Below the pieces are notes generated by a model. That model did no database searches. It was not told where the DNA came from and saw nothing but the letters and a program-made list of their open reading frames with translations. Shown piece by piece: positions 42,375 to 54,866 of a stretch of 64,000 nucleotides of DNA. Both the position numbers and the translations under genes were made by a program. Source of the stretch: Azolla caroliniana. Taxonomy: Eukaryota > Plantae > Polypodiophyta. Where the stretch lies: the NCBI GenBank assembly GCA_043228905.1, contig JBHGNT010000010.1:20832001-20896000 (forward strand), given 5' to 3'. Position 1 is the first letter of the stretch. Every line of letters begins with the position of its first letter.

Positions 42375-43294
42375 TATTAATATCAAGCTAGTTTATATAA
42401 CTAAATATACTGTAAAACCCAAAGTATTTATTACAATTGAAGAACACCAAGTGGTATCAAACATTAAATTTCCCCACGATAATTGAGAGAGGGGTCTTGG
42501 GAGGATGTTTCCTGTGTCCTTATGTTTAAGCTGGACGCTCACTTACATAAGTGTCGAGAAGAGTAATCTCTAAATAGTAGGAGTAAGAAAGTCCAAAATG
42601 TGAGAGTAAAGAAAAACTCAAGAAGGTGGTTGGTAGAGGTTAGAGAACACATAATGAACTCTCCTTCCCAAGAATCTTACAAGATTGATAGGAACACTCA
42701 AGGAATATGCACTTTGACTTCAAACTTGAAAGTGGGAAACCTTTGAATTTTGATCAGTTTTGCCTTCAACAAATTTCCAAGTGATTAGTTCTGGTTGTTT
42801 ACAAATTTGGGGAGGTAGACCCCCTACAAATTTAGATATGTTAATGCGTCTCCAAGAGTTGTTTGTTGATGTTTGGTGAACTATGAAGTCTACATGAACA
42901 TATTTTAAGTACAAAAAGTTTATCAACATGTGTCTTATGTCAAAATTGTCTTGCGTGTTTGTGGGTCTTATATGATGCCTATTTTTTATACATTTTGGGA
43001 ATGATAAAAAAAATACCCCCATGCCCCATCTCATTATAGAAGTATATATTTCCCTATTCTAGCTAGCACATAGGTTCTCAATTAGAACACTCATTGGTCC
43101 AATTGTTAGTAGTGGTCAAAATGTTTAACACGCTATGACTATATAATAAATGTTTCCTTGAGCATTGGTAGTCCCATGCACGACTTTATGAAAATGTTCA
43201 CTTGATTATCGAAATTTATTACCATTCATAAGTTGTGTATATATGTTCAAATGTTAATAGTAATAAAATATTTGTCCACTAGTTGGATATCATT

Positions 43295-43379
43295 GGGGTG
43301 GTGGCGCAGTTGGCTAGCGCGTAGGTCTCATAGCTCCTGAGGTATCCTGAGGTCGAGAGTTCGAGCCTCTCTCACCCCA
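43295..43379 (+). tRNA. Elongator tRNA-Met (CAT) with an 11-nt intron (43333-43343)
   Basis: GGGGTGGTGGCGCAGTTGGCTAGCGCGTAGGTCTCATA-[GCTCCTGAGGT]-ATCCTGAGGTCGAGAGTTCGAGCCTCTCTCACCCCA is the canonical plant tRNA-Met(e) with the intron after position 37. TTTT terminator follows. Confidence 0.95.
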
Positions 43380-44489
43380 CATTCTTTTACGTTACTCTAC
43401 ATTCCGCTTAGCGATTGAAATTATACACCATTATTCTAAGTTATGACGTTTCACTCTCTAGATATGGCGACCTCCGCAGTCAACTCTCTTCCAAACAATA
43501 CCCCAATTCTGTTTCTCTTATTGAAATTATACCATGAATTCAAAATTGAAATAGTTGTTAAGCAATTAGACCTTAGGTATGAAAGTGTTTGCAATATGTA
43601 GTACATCCACTAGTTAGGGTATGAAAAAGCATTTGCAATTTTCTATTACAAAAATTTGCTCCCCCTCTGGTTCCTATGTTTTTGTGTAGTGGAAGGTATG
43701 CAATTTATTTTGCAATGACCTATAAGTAGGTTTGACTCAATGAAAATGCTGTGTTTTCAATCCTTTTTGCAATTAAAAAGGTTTTCTCCACCTCCTTTTT
43801 CCTATGTTTTTCCCTATGCCATTTGTAGGACGAGTAGATTTTATACAAATGAACACCATTTTCCCATCTATGTGTCGTTTACGACAACCATTCCTCATTG
43901 AAATCCAATTCCACACATCTCAAAATATTGTTGTTTTCAATTCTAAAAACTTTTTGCAACAATAAAACTTTTTTTTAATCAAAGAACCCGGGTCTTGCCA
44001 TGTGTAGATTTTTTAACAACCTTGACACATAACCATTGACTATAATTTATTGCAGCTATGATGTCTCTTTAGCTACAGTCTGATTCATTAAAATGTGCAA
44101 TTCAATCATCTCCATTTCTGTAATTAGCTTTTTGATGGCAAAATAGTATTTACATCAGCACGCTTGCAAATCCTTACAGTCCGTATAATGATAAATAAAG
44201 CAAAAATAAAATGTTCGAAAAAAAACATGACAAAGACAATTGATTGCCTTGAAGGAATGCAAGAAAATGAGCTAGTTGCATTCAATGGGATTGGACTTCA
44301 ATATTTGGGAGAGTTTTAAACCATTGATAACTTCAGCTTAAATATATCATCACTCTTGCTCATCATCATGGACTCAGGCACTCTTCCTAGTCATGTGCAA
44401 AAAGCAGCAGATTTCCTGAAACCCATCATCATGTTTAAGCTGCCAAAACAATGATGACCTTAAATCTGGGCACATATCATTTATGTAAT

Positions 44490-47055
44490 TCAATTTGGAT
44501 AATGAAAGCAAAAGGCAACGAACATCATTGCAACCAATATCATTATAGCCGGATAACTCTTTCGAGATTCTGAGGACGACGACGACGAAGAAGATGATGA
44601 CGATGACGATGCGCTAGTTGATTTACTTGCAATTTGGATCATGAAGTCACAAGTTCCAACTGTCGGATTTTTTGTAACAACCTGCCCAAGCCCATTGAAG
44701 CTACATGTTCCTAACCCTTGGTTCTGCCTTTGAAAGTACTGATTGAAAGCATATGATGTATTCCCTTTAGCATCTAGGTATGGATTACAAGAACAACCAT
44801 ATCCAAGAGATGTGCAATCCGAGTTCTCACAAGCATAGGTAATACTCTCCCCAACCTTCGATGGATCACCATTACTATTTGGGTTGTATATACACCATTG
44901 CTGGGTCATATACTCGACTCCCGATGCTTGAACAAGCTCTTGACCATTGGATAATAGAGAAAGAGCATATTTAGGCTTACCATCATACTCAAAGATTCCC
45001 CAATGTCTCTCAAAATTCCCAGGTTGAACAGACTTGAGGTCTTCATCAATGAAGCTAAACAAGTAGAATGAGATGGCGACATTAGGTCGACGAGGAGTCC
45101 CCGCATTGGTTGAAACATGTTTTAGGAACCCCTGATTGAACTTGCTAGCGTTACTTAGATTAGCATTCACATCTCCATCAGTTGGCCATCCAATCTCTCC
45201 CACTATTATGTTCATCCCACCATAGCCAGCAGCAGTCAACACAAAGACTAAAGAATCGTAGCTAGCATCGAATACGTTTTGATATGTATAAATTCCATCA
45301 ACGACAGGGTTTTTTGATCCATCAAAGAATGCATAATCAGTGGGGAAGTGAAGATCGTTATACAAGCTTATGAAAGGATATATATTGATTGTGAATGGGG
45401 CACCATTTTGACTTAGCCACGATACAATTTGGATCATCAGACTTGATATATCTGACCTAAAAACAGAATCTGAAGGAACAGCACGCGATGAGATAACATC
45501 GGCATTCATTGGAACAGTAGCTTTGATCTGACTACCAAGATTAGCTGAATTTAACGCAGTTTGGACATTCTTGAGCGCAGGATATGTCACATTTAGGAAG
45601 CTATTATTATAGGTCTTCAGAAATGGTTCATTTCCAACTGCTACATACCTGCAAATTTCAAAATCTCTCTTAATTATAAGAAAACCATATGTCCAATGAA
45701 GTGTGTGTCAGATTACTTAGAGATCAGACCGTCGAATTACCCTGATGGACTTATACAAGGGAGGGAAAAACTCTGAAGTACCCAAAGTCTTCTGTATTTC
45801 TCCAAAAGTCCCTATGTTTCCTTTACTTACCCAAATGCCCGTAGTCAACCCCGAAAAAAGAGAAACAAAAGCGGATGAATTGAGCATACAATCACCCAGA
45901 TCGCACATATGTGAATCAGGCAATGAACCGATCATATCATTGGCTAAAATAGCAGATATAGTCGCTCGAGACAGAATTAACTGAGGGCATTTGAGAAAAT
46001 GGCGCAAAAATGAGGGGAAAATAAAGAAAAACTATGGGGCATTTCTGAGTTTCTCCCTAAATGTTTTCCCAGATGAGTTTGAGGAAAGCATTATATAATC
46101 ATATGCATGGTGCAACAAAGTCAGAGATCAAACCACAAATCCTTCACATGGATGAAGCTATGCTTACATACAGATAAGGAACAGTTCCCAATGTATCCTT
46201 GCATCCAGATTAGGATCAATTCCCAAGATATCCTTACAAAAATGGAATACTACGTTACCATCTTTAAACCCTAAAAATGAACTCTTGTTAGTGCCAAACT
46301 TCTTTAGTAGAGAAAATCATGTCAGGAATTTCAAAGAAGAAATTTCGCCCTAATGTTTTTCACACAGCTATAAACTGCCATAGCATTGCATTTGGAGGCA
46401 TCTTTTTAATCTAAAAAGGAGTTCGTGGCGATAACAAACACTCAGTTTGATTTTAAGTGGAGAAAATTATGTAGGGAATTCAACACAGAAAATCTTCCCT
46501 AATATTTCTCACACATCTATAAACTTCCATTGCCTACTATTTGGACGATTTTGATCTTATCATGATAACTTCTCCTTATTCTGATGAACATGTTTAGTAG
46601 AAATATCGTTGCCCTAGATTCAATCTGTGTGAAAACTCTGCAGCAATGAGAATAGCACGAAGAAGAAGAAGAAGAAGAAACTCTTACTTGATGTTGACTC
46701 CCTTTGATTTGAAAGGAACGATGTATTCCTGAACCCAAGCAGAAGCTTGAGACTGCTGAGAAAGAGAAGAGAGCATATCGTTAGGGATTCCCACCATAAC
46801 CTCGATGTTGGAGTTAGCAAGAGCACTGAGGACCGAGGTATTGTGGTCAAATAGCTTGACCTTGGAGATGCCATTAGAGGTCAGGAGCTTCACAACAATG
46901 GAGGGAGAGAGGGGGTGAGAGGATTGTATGCCCCAGTTCACACCCAAGGACAGAACAAGGGAGGAAGGGAGGAAGAGGAAGAGGAAGAGGGAAAAGTAAA
47001 GCGCTGGGATTGCTATTAGGTTTAGGTTTTGCCATGGCTGGGAGAGGGAGGTCAT
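44490..47055 (-). CDS. Glucan endo-1,3-beta-glucosidase (GH17) with X8/CBM43 domain and predicted GPI-anchor signal, 2 exons
   Basis: Exon 1 (46688-47055) has a signal peptide, LGVNWG, KVKLFD and EVMVGIPN. Exon 2 (44490-45648) has YVAVGNEPFL, IIVGEIGWPTDG, FERHWGIF, the X8 motif WC...YAC..DCTSLGYGCSC...YAFNQYFQ, a Ser-rich linker and a hydrophobic C-terminal tail. Confidence 0.94.
45763..46057. mobile_element. MULE-like MITE (about 295 bp) in the glucanase intron
   Basis: Long imperfect TIRs GGGAAAAACTCTGAAGTACCCAAAGTCTTCTGTATTTCTCC versus reverse complement GGGAGAAACTCAGAAATGCCCCATAGTTTTCTTTATTTTCCC. TSD not recognisable. Confidence 0.6.
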
Positions 47056-47074
47056 CTGATCGGAAGGTTTTAGG

Positions 47075-47105
<31 letters not shown>

Positions 47106-47187
47106 GGCACTGCTGCAGCTGATCCCTGCCTTTGTAACAATGGTGGGAATCTGCTCTAAATGAACCCCATAAAGAAGAAGGATATAT

Positions 47188-47190
47188 CTA

Positions 47191-47237
<47 letters not shown>

Positions 47238-47286
47238 CAGTATGTATGTATGTGTGTGTGTGTGTGTATGTATGTATCAGTATGTA

Positions 47287-47321
<35 letters not shown>

Positions 47322-47348
47322 TTGTTTGTGTGTATGTATGTATTTGTA
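47188..47348. repeat. Compound (TG)n/(TATG)n microsatellite
   Basis: Directly visible. A similar tract resumes at about 47953-48012. Confidence 0.95.
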
Positions 47349-50029
47349 CGCATAGTATGAACCATACGTACCATTCGTGTTCGAGAATGATTCAATCATT
47401 CGAGAATGATAAACACCATTGAAGAACGATATTTTTGGATAAATAATTTACTATAAGGTAAAAAAAAAATTTTACGGTAAAAAAAATTTAAAAATTGCAA
47501 AAAAAAACACATTACCTTCTTAATAACAATATGCTTTTTTCGTAAATCTATTTATTGTAATTTTTGTGTGTATAAATTTTGTACTACAACACGAATTACT
47601 TCAAAATGATAGAAATTATAGACAATTTAAAGCAATTACAAGCTTTATAGAATAATTTCATTACAGCAATTTCAGAAATTTCATTACAGAAATTACAGAA
47701 ATTTCATTACAAAACTTTAAACCCTATTATTAACCCTAAATATACCTGAATGTCGTTGGTAAGTAGATCATTCAAGGCTAGGTGGAGAGAGGAGAGGAGA
47801 GTGTAACGTTACGTTGATGTGCAAAGGAAAAGGGGGAAAAAGAGGGAAAAAACAAAAAAAAAACACACGAATATTTGAATATCATTCGTGTTCGTTTTCC
47901 AACGTAGGAAAACGAATGATATGGCAGACGAACACAAATTTTACGTACTATGTTTGTATGTATGTATGTATGTGTGTGTGTGTGTGTAGGTATGTATGTA
48001 TGTGTGTGTGTGATTGTGCACACTTATAGGCTTTGGGCCATTAGGTTGGTCACTACAGCGTCGAGAAATGGAAAGGATCAAAAACCCCTGTGATCCAAAG
48101 TCCGAATTGACAAGAATGTCAGACTCTTGGTCTATTTTGTGTTTGGGCAATCAATCCTGTTTGAACTCTCCACTTTTTTAACATCTCGGACTCGAAGCCC
48201 CTTTCGATCGTCTATTTGTGAGGTGCGCAACTAACCGCCTCGTTCTTTCTCCTCAGCGGTCTCGAGCATATCCTACGTCCTTCCTTTATTCATTGTCTCT
48301 CTTGACCAAAGTGATCCCTTCAATTGAGCTTTGTTTGTTTCCAATGTGCTCTATTTTGGGCTTTTAAGTGGATTGTGGGGCATGGTTTATGTCGAATGTG
48401 GGGAAGCGAAGTTAAAGTCGGCGGCCTTATTATCCTCCAATCAGTGTGGGGAGGTCATCACTTTCCTTTGATATGGCATTGTATATGTCTTTGATGCTTT
48501 GCAAAAAAGAATCCCAAACACTTTCGGTCTTCATCCTGCATGATGTGGTACCATGATCCAAACTCCTTTTGGAACAATCATATCCGCCATGGATATATCA
48601 TAGTATTAGATTAGTTAAAAATCTGAATTGTTATCATCATCCACGAGGAAGCTAAATTTGACCATCAGCAATGAATAAATACGACATCTTGCACATGACT
48701 CCTCCCTATGAAGGGGATTCACCACTCCATAGTAAAATCACTCCATGTGAAAATAATGTGATGCACACTGAGAGGGATGCATGTGTTTGCGTATGACTTT
48801 GAGGTTTCCCACCAATGCTATAATGCATCAGTGAAAAGAGAGTGAAGTTGAAACACTAACACAAGTATATTGGGAAGTTTTTTGATGTTGATATGCTTAA
48901 GTATCATCGAAGATAGGTTGAGAGTGAAACTAAGTATACCTAGGGTATTTATGTGTATCTAAAGATATAAGGTTGACTCCCAACCGTGATATGGACAAAG
49001 CAAGAGGAAGAGACTATCTAACTTCATTAGGATTAGTCCAATGTTTTGTTCTTTAACCCCATGCGAGAGAAAGAATATGTTGTGATATCTCTAAACCATT
49101 TCACTAACAAAGAGAAAATGTAACTACCATTAGATGGATGGTGATCATTATAAATATGGTAATGTTATGATTAGGCTTTATGGATGCCTTCCAGCTCAAC
49201 AAATAAACAAACAATAATCCACGTGATGCCAATCTTTGGGTACTATAGTATGAATTGACATTTTTTTCATTCATAAAAGAAATGAAGATTCCTCCAAAGA
49301 TTAGTTTTTGGTCTATTGTTTGCAACCCTAGTTTGAAAAGTTATCATAAAGAGCGTGGGTATCCCAAGATAATAGTAAAAGCATTTGTTTTTATTATTGC
49401 TGAATATTATAGCTTCTCGTTGGTCCTGCATTTGTTGTACGAGATCAATTCATGACCCCATTTACAAGAAAAACAAATCAGAATTCATGTTGCATTGGTC
49501 TTTGAATGTAAAGTGGATAAGCGTGTTAATACTTGTGATTTCATATATTTTTTGGTAATCGAAGATGTGATGGAACCTCAAGTTTGAGAACTGTATAGAT
49601 TTATTTATCTTTTTGATAGAACATCGTAAAACATGTATTGATGGTTTCTTAGAATCCAACTTTCGTGCACTCATGTTGTAGATTGTCACATCTGTCAAAT
49701 ATATTTCAAGCATGTATCTCTTCTTTATTCTCAGATTCATAATTTTGGAATCATGGTATGATTGAGTATTTAATTATTGTGCGAAATGGTTAAAGTTTCT
49801 TTTACAAGGTGTAATCTGCCATGCCATCTTATTCAATTATTGTTTGTGGAATATGAGATTGCAATTTTGTGAAGCCAATGTTTTGTAGTAAAGGTATTAC
49901 TTGATTATTAGCGTAATAAATTTGCAAAGCCAATGTTTTGTCGGAAGAAATGTAATAATCGTGGATTTAAAAACATGAATGTTTTTTTCTATTTATGGAG
50001 AGCTTTATTGTATGTGTGTATATGCACTT

Positions 50030-50074
<45 letters not shown>

Positions 50075-51787
50075 TATATGCGATAATGCAAGTATGCATA
50101 AGAAAAGCTACAATGAAATGATGCATTTGAGTGAGAGAATCTAAAGCTAAAATCTCTAATTTTGCATATAGTCTAAAGGTTAATATATTTATTGATGAAT
50201 TTGATTCAGAACTCATCTAGTCAAGATTATTAGTTCTCTTAATTTAAACGTCTAACTTGTGTCAAACATGGTGAAATTTGAAGTATTGAAATATCCAAAG
50301 TTTTCTCAAATTTCATGTCTAACTTGTGTCAAACATGTACAAAGATCTTCGCAAATAAATTACAAAAGTATATTTGCCAAAGTCTATGTGTACATCCCAA
50401 CTAATATGTTTTTTATTGCAAGTAGGAATATATTACAGAATGTGTTGAATGGTCAAATGGCCATGGAGTATGCATGACACACTCATCAAGAATTGATTGT
50501 GGTTCAATTAGATTTGGAGAAAGCTTATGATCATGTTAATTGGTCCTTTGTTTTTGGGTTAATGCATACAATGGGCTTTGGGCCATGTATGTCTCGTATC
50601 ATATTTTCATTAGGACAAGATGCAGTGTCTTGAGTAATGCCTAACGATGGATATGTTCTTCAAGGATGTACCCTTGACCCATTGTTGTTTGTTATTGTTA
50701 CTCATCTCTTGTCAATGATGTTATCGAGGCTTGGAATGAATGGTGACATTGTGGGTCTTCATTGCCCATCTAGAGGACAACTAGTATCATAAGATTTGGT
50801 AGAGGATTCTTTCATGTTTTCTACAAGCCTCATGAGAGAATCTTGAGAAGGGGATGCTTGTATGGAACCAATTTGCATTGGCGTCTAGATTACATATTAT
50901 TGGAGGAAGTCTAATCTAATATCATGTACTGAAAGGGATTTTGAATGTTTAGGATGTCAGAGATTCGTGGTTATGGAAGGTTCTATTTTTTTACACTTGG
51001 GGTATCCATTGGGAATAAATGTTACGAATGGTCAATTGAGTGAATGGATGTCTAGTAAGTTAAGGGATAAGTTCATGTATTGGAAGTCACAATCTTACCC
51101 ATTTTATGTCGCTTGAAGGTTGTACAATTTATAATTATGGAACCCATGATAATAAATTACTCACCATTGTTGCAATGGATGGACAAAGAAGGCTTTACAT
51201 TCTTATTTGCAACCTCTTGGATATTTGTTGTGGATGAAGAGGGATAAAACGGGAATAACATGGTTTGCATGGAATCATCTAACGACTACTAAGCACTTGG
51301 GGGAGCTAGAATATTGGACTTATCTATGCATGTGATGGCTTGTAGATTTTCATTATTGCAAGACATGTGTTCATACTCACAATCATGGATATCTATCATT
51401 CAATATGTCATTGAGAACAAGGGTTTAACACATGGGAGGACAACAATTAAGGCTTCATTGTGGCAATTACTGGACGTATGTATGGAAACCACTCTTGTTA
51501 TGTGTATGGAAACCATCTACTAGAGAGCATTGTAATTATTTGCAAAAAGAGTTACTTGTGTCTTCTCTGTTATTGTGTTGGCATGGAAAGGAGAATTTGT
51601 AGTTCAATCGTTTGGGGGTCAAAGTGGTAAGAGATATAGTTGAGGCTCCATATCAAATAATTTTGCAGTTTGTTGAAGCGCATAAATTATTATGCATCCT
51701 GCTTAATTGTGGGTTTATCTGGCAACAACTACAAAATATTGCATTGATGCAAGGTCCTTTACCTTTACAAACAAAAGAACAAATGTG

Positions 51788-51963
51788 AGGGAGTTGAAAG
51801 ACAATGAATAGCCTTCATCCAACAATGGTTGTCCTCTCCCTTTCTTGAGTCAGTGGGCATCCACATAAGATGGAACTATCGCGTCCCTTCAGGGATTTGT
51901 ACATAATCGTCTCATTTGTAAAATTTTATAACTAATGGAAGGAGTTTTTTTTTGGAAAAAAAA
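51788..51963 (+). mobile_element. Short (about 176 bp) retroposed insertion with poly(A) tail and 19-bp TSD
   Basis: AAACAAAAGAACAAATGTG at 51769-51787 and 51964-51982. An A-run lies immediately before the second copy. Confidence 0.8.
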
Positions 51964-52310
51964 AAACAAAAGAACAAATGTGGATTGATTGGCATTGTCT
52001 ACTAATATTTTGTATCATTGCTCCATTGAGTCTCTTGGATGGATATCATTTAAGGCTTAAAATGAATGGAAAATACATACATGTAATCATGGATGGTGAC
52101 ATATCTTAAAACGTGGTTGCCATTCTAAATTGCTACTTGTAGCAAAGGTCTTCATTAAAGAGTTTTGATTGGGGGTTTTGCCTTTGAGACTAGCTCTAAA
52201 GTGAGGCGGACTAGCAATAGGCAATTGTTTCTTTTTTTTGCGATGTTCAAATGGAAGATAACACTCATCGTTTTATATAATTATCGATTGCTTGTCAGAT
52301 TGGTCTTATT

Positions 52311-54060
52311 ATTATTTTTTTTTTAAAAGAAAGATACACCTTAGTATATTACTTGAGAAATGTACATATAGAAAACAGAAGGAGACATTTCATCACACCT
52401 TTATTGTAATACAAAAGCTAATACCAACATCTGATCAAATAGATGATATCATATAAGGAAAAAATGGAGCACAATCTACAAGCTATTTAATAAAAAAGAA
52501 GGTATGGCATAATTCCACTTCATACTAGAAGTCGTATCTGAAAATAAGTGAAGCCCTCGCCACCGTTTCTTAAAGTCCACTTGACGTTGCCTTTGAGCAT
52601 CAATTGAACCCTACGGGTCATCATATTGTCCACGTATGGTATGGACAAATAACAACCAGAATTCAATAAGCATAGTACTGAGATGTATGTGAGCATTATT
52701 AAAAACAACATCGCATCTCATTTTCCATATTGTCCAAAGAGCCAATGACATAATAGTACGCCAAATAACCAAAATTTTAGTTCTAAACCGTGGAATAAAA
52801 GATGGAAATGAAGTGAGATAAATGTACCCATTGGAAAAGTGAAAAACATGAGAAACATGCATACTTTCATACTTCATAACATCTCCATGAAGGACACCCC
52901 ATAATACTGCACCCCATGAGAAGATAGAACGAGCGTAATGGTGTCTCAGTAATAAAAACAACTTACTCCATAATTGCTTGATTTTGGGACATAACCAAAA
53001 CAAATGCAAAATAGATTTCGTTGATGCACCACAATGCATTCCACAAGCATATTGTTGATTTTGCCTCAACCAATCACCAACAGGAAGACCATAATGCATC
53101 AACAACCAATGAAAACAAATCACTTTTTTCGGCAACTACATACTCCACAACCATTTCCAAAATTTTGTAAGTTACAATGCATTCACATAATTTGTAGTCC
53201 AATGCTTCATGGCAGTAGGGCATTTATACTTTGATTGCAATAATAAATTTCTACCTAGCTTAACTGAATACTAGAAAAACTCCAAGTGTTTACTATTTCC
53301 ATTAGCATTCGGTTTTTTCCATTGATAATCAACTGGATCCCAATCCAAATTATAAAGCGGTTTTAAAAAAAAAACCCACAATGAACAACACCGTAAACAT
53401 TCTTGAGAGGGTGGATCCAAGAACCATTTTTTCCAACTCTTGCAACTACTCGAAGTGTTGAAACATTGGCGGACATCCACACATCTGATTCAGAAAATAC
53501 ATGCCACAACCTACCATCATCATCCACATTAAAGTATATTGCATCACCCGTAGTGTTAATTACTTTTGCTCCTAAAATAACTTTTAAAGGAGAGAAATAA
53601 CCAAACCAAATCTGATTGCTAGAGGGTGACCATGAAGCCATAAATTGTCCCAATGCCACTTGCATATCATTGCACATAATGGCACTTCCTCGAACTGCAA
53701 GCCTCGACAAAGATTGTAATGGTTGATTCATAACATAACATCCCCATGATAGAACATTACCTGCTATTGATGCATCCATAGAAGCCCAATTCAATCGAGG
53801 ACGGCTACCAAGTAGAAAACCCCTTGAATCTGAAAAGAGAAAGTTCCAGGTCAAGGGTTGTCTCAACAAGTCATCTGTTGTCGAAGGCACCTTCCGAATT
53901 AGAAACTTTTTAACAACTGACCAACTTGTGAGAATTCCATTAAAAAACGTATCTTTTGATAAGGTTGTTTTAAACAAATGAAAATTCGGAATAAAGGCCC
54001 ATCTTAATGATGGTAGCCACTTTCCTCCTATTGTCGGGCACATAGAAGACAACTTATGCG
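52311..54060 (-). mobile_element. 5'-truncated L1-like LINE (about 1.75 kb, 3' part of ORF2 with zf-RVT-like region) nested in the older LINE
   Basis: TSD GATTGGT(C/G)TTATT at 52298-52310 and 54061-54073. Minus-strand poly(A) tail at about 52311-52324. ORF segments include CGMHCGASTKSILHLFWLCP and ALWTIWKMRCDVVFN. Confidence 0.85.
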
Positions 54061-54584
54061 GATTGGTGTTATTTGACGCTTAGACAGTGACTATTTGCAC
54101 AATGTACACAAGTTGACCCAAAATCAGAGATGGAGGTCGTGTTTCTATTTTTGAGGTATTGGGAATTGCGTCAGAATTGGGATATGTGCAATGCTTTTGT
54201 ATTTGATGGTAGGCATGGAGTGAAAGCATATCTACGAAAAGTTGAAGGTAGTACTAATGTGGCAAATTTTTTTATTGGAGAAGTGTAAATTCTTTCCTTA
54301 GTGGAGTGTTTGTCTTACCTATTGGCAATTCAACATATTCCACTACCCATGTAGTTAGTGGGTGATCATATTCCATTGTGACACCCTTTGTAAGTAGTGT
54401 TTTTCACACACATTTCTTAATATAATTGTGTGTTTCCACCAAACAAAGAGAGAGAGAGAGAGAATTAAATAATATATCTATATGTTTGTTTGTGTCTTGA
54501 TATATATTATTGTATTAACATTCATGGGAAACCATCTATGATAATTGGGATGAGAGAGAGGGAGAGATGGTAAGGTTGTCCAAC

Positions 54585-54866
54585 TAGGAATCGACAACGG
54601 TTCGGTTTCAGCTTAACCAGATTGGCCTTGTCGAAACCAAATTGGTTAAGCCTTAATCAATTTGGAAGTTTTCAAACTTGAACCAAATTGTTTTCTAAAC
54701 TAGTTTAGGAGCTAGTTTGGCCTAATCTAGTTCGGTTTTGTTTGAGCCTTGTTAAACGAGCTCGAACCGGTTTACGAAGCTCAAGCTTGAACCGAGCTGA
54801 ACTGAACCGTTTAAAAATGGTTGAATGACTCGGTTTAAGCTTGAACCAAGCCGTTGCCAACTCCTA
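54585..54866. mobile_element. hAT-type non-autonomous element/MITE (282 bp)
   Basis: TIRs TAGGAATCGACAACGGTTCGG versus reverse complement TAGGAGTTGGCAACGGCTTGG. 8-bp TSD TGTCCAAC/TGTCCAAT. Many internal AACCG/CGGTT subterminal motifs. Confidence 0.8.

Larger units (their letters stand above)
50380..54230 (+). mobile_element. Decayed L1-like LINE ORF2 (reverse transcriptase and downstream region), interrupted by two insertions
   Basis: Degenerate RT motifs GRNILQNV, VVQLDLEKAYDHVNWSF...MGFG, LQGCTLDPLLF and HLGYPLG, and a zinc-knuckle remnant EDNTHRF near 52255 that continues after 54073. Many stops and frameshifts. Confidence 0.75.

Noticed and set aside
43983-44045. tRNA/SINE-like remnant on the minus strand (TAGTCAATGGTTA...GACCCGGGTTC); similar weak traces near 54950-55015
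   Set aside because: No cloverleaf, a degenerate B box, and no TSD or tail. Too weak to call.
796-47055. Functional gene cluster (YgfZ, PDK, SUT, COQ4, glucanase as a carbon/organelle module)
   Set aside because: These are unrelated housekeeping genes in mixed orientation with no shared pathway. This fits ordinary gene-dense euchromatin.
46874-47140. Overlapping ORF with a poly-Leu signal-peptide-like stretch upstream of the glucanase
   Set aside because: It starts at TTG, is out of frame with GH17, and the poly-Leu is just a (CTT)n repeat in the probable 5' UTR.
47160-48029. CVCVCV/THTHTH ORFs (also the YIYIYI and SLSLSL ORFs elsewhere)
   Set aside because: They are translations of dinucleotide microsatellites.
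48060-49500. Possible highly decayed minus-strand LINE remnant (KYLG-like trace near 48940); similar traces at 20300-21900
   Set aside because: The motifs are too degraded to support a call without a homology search.
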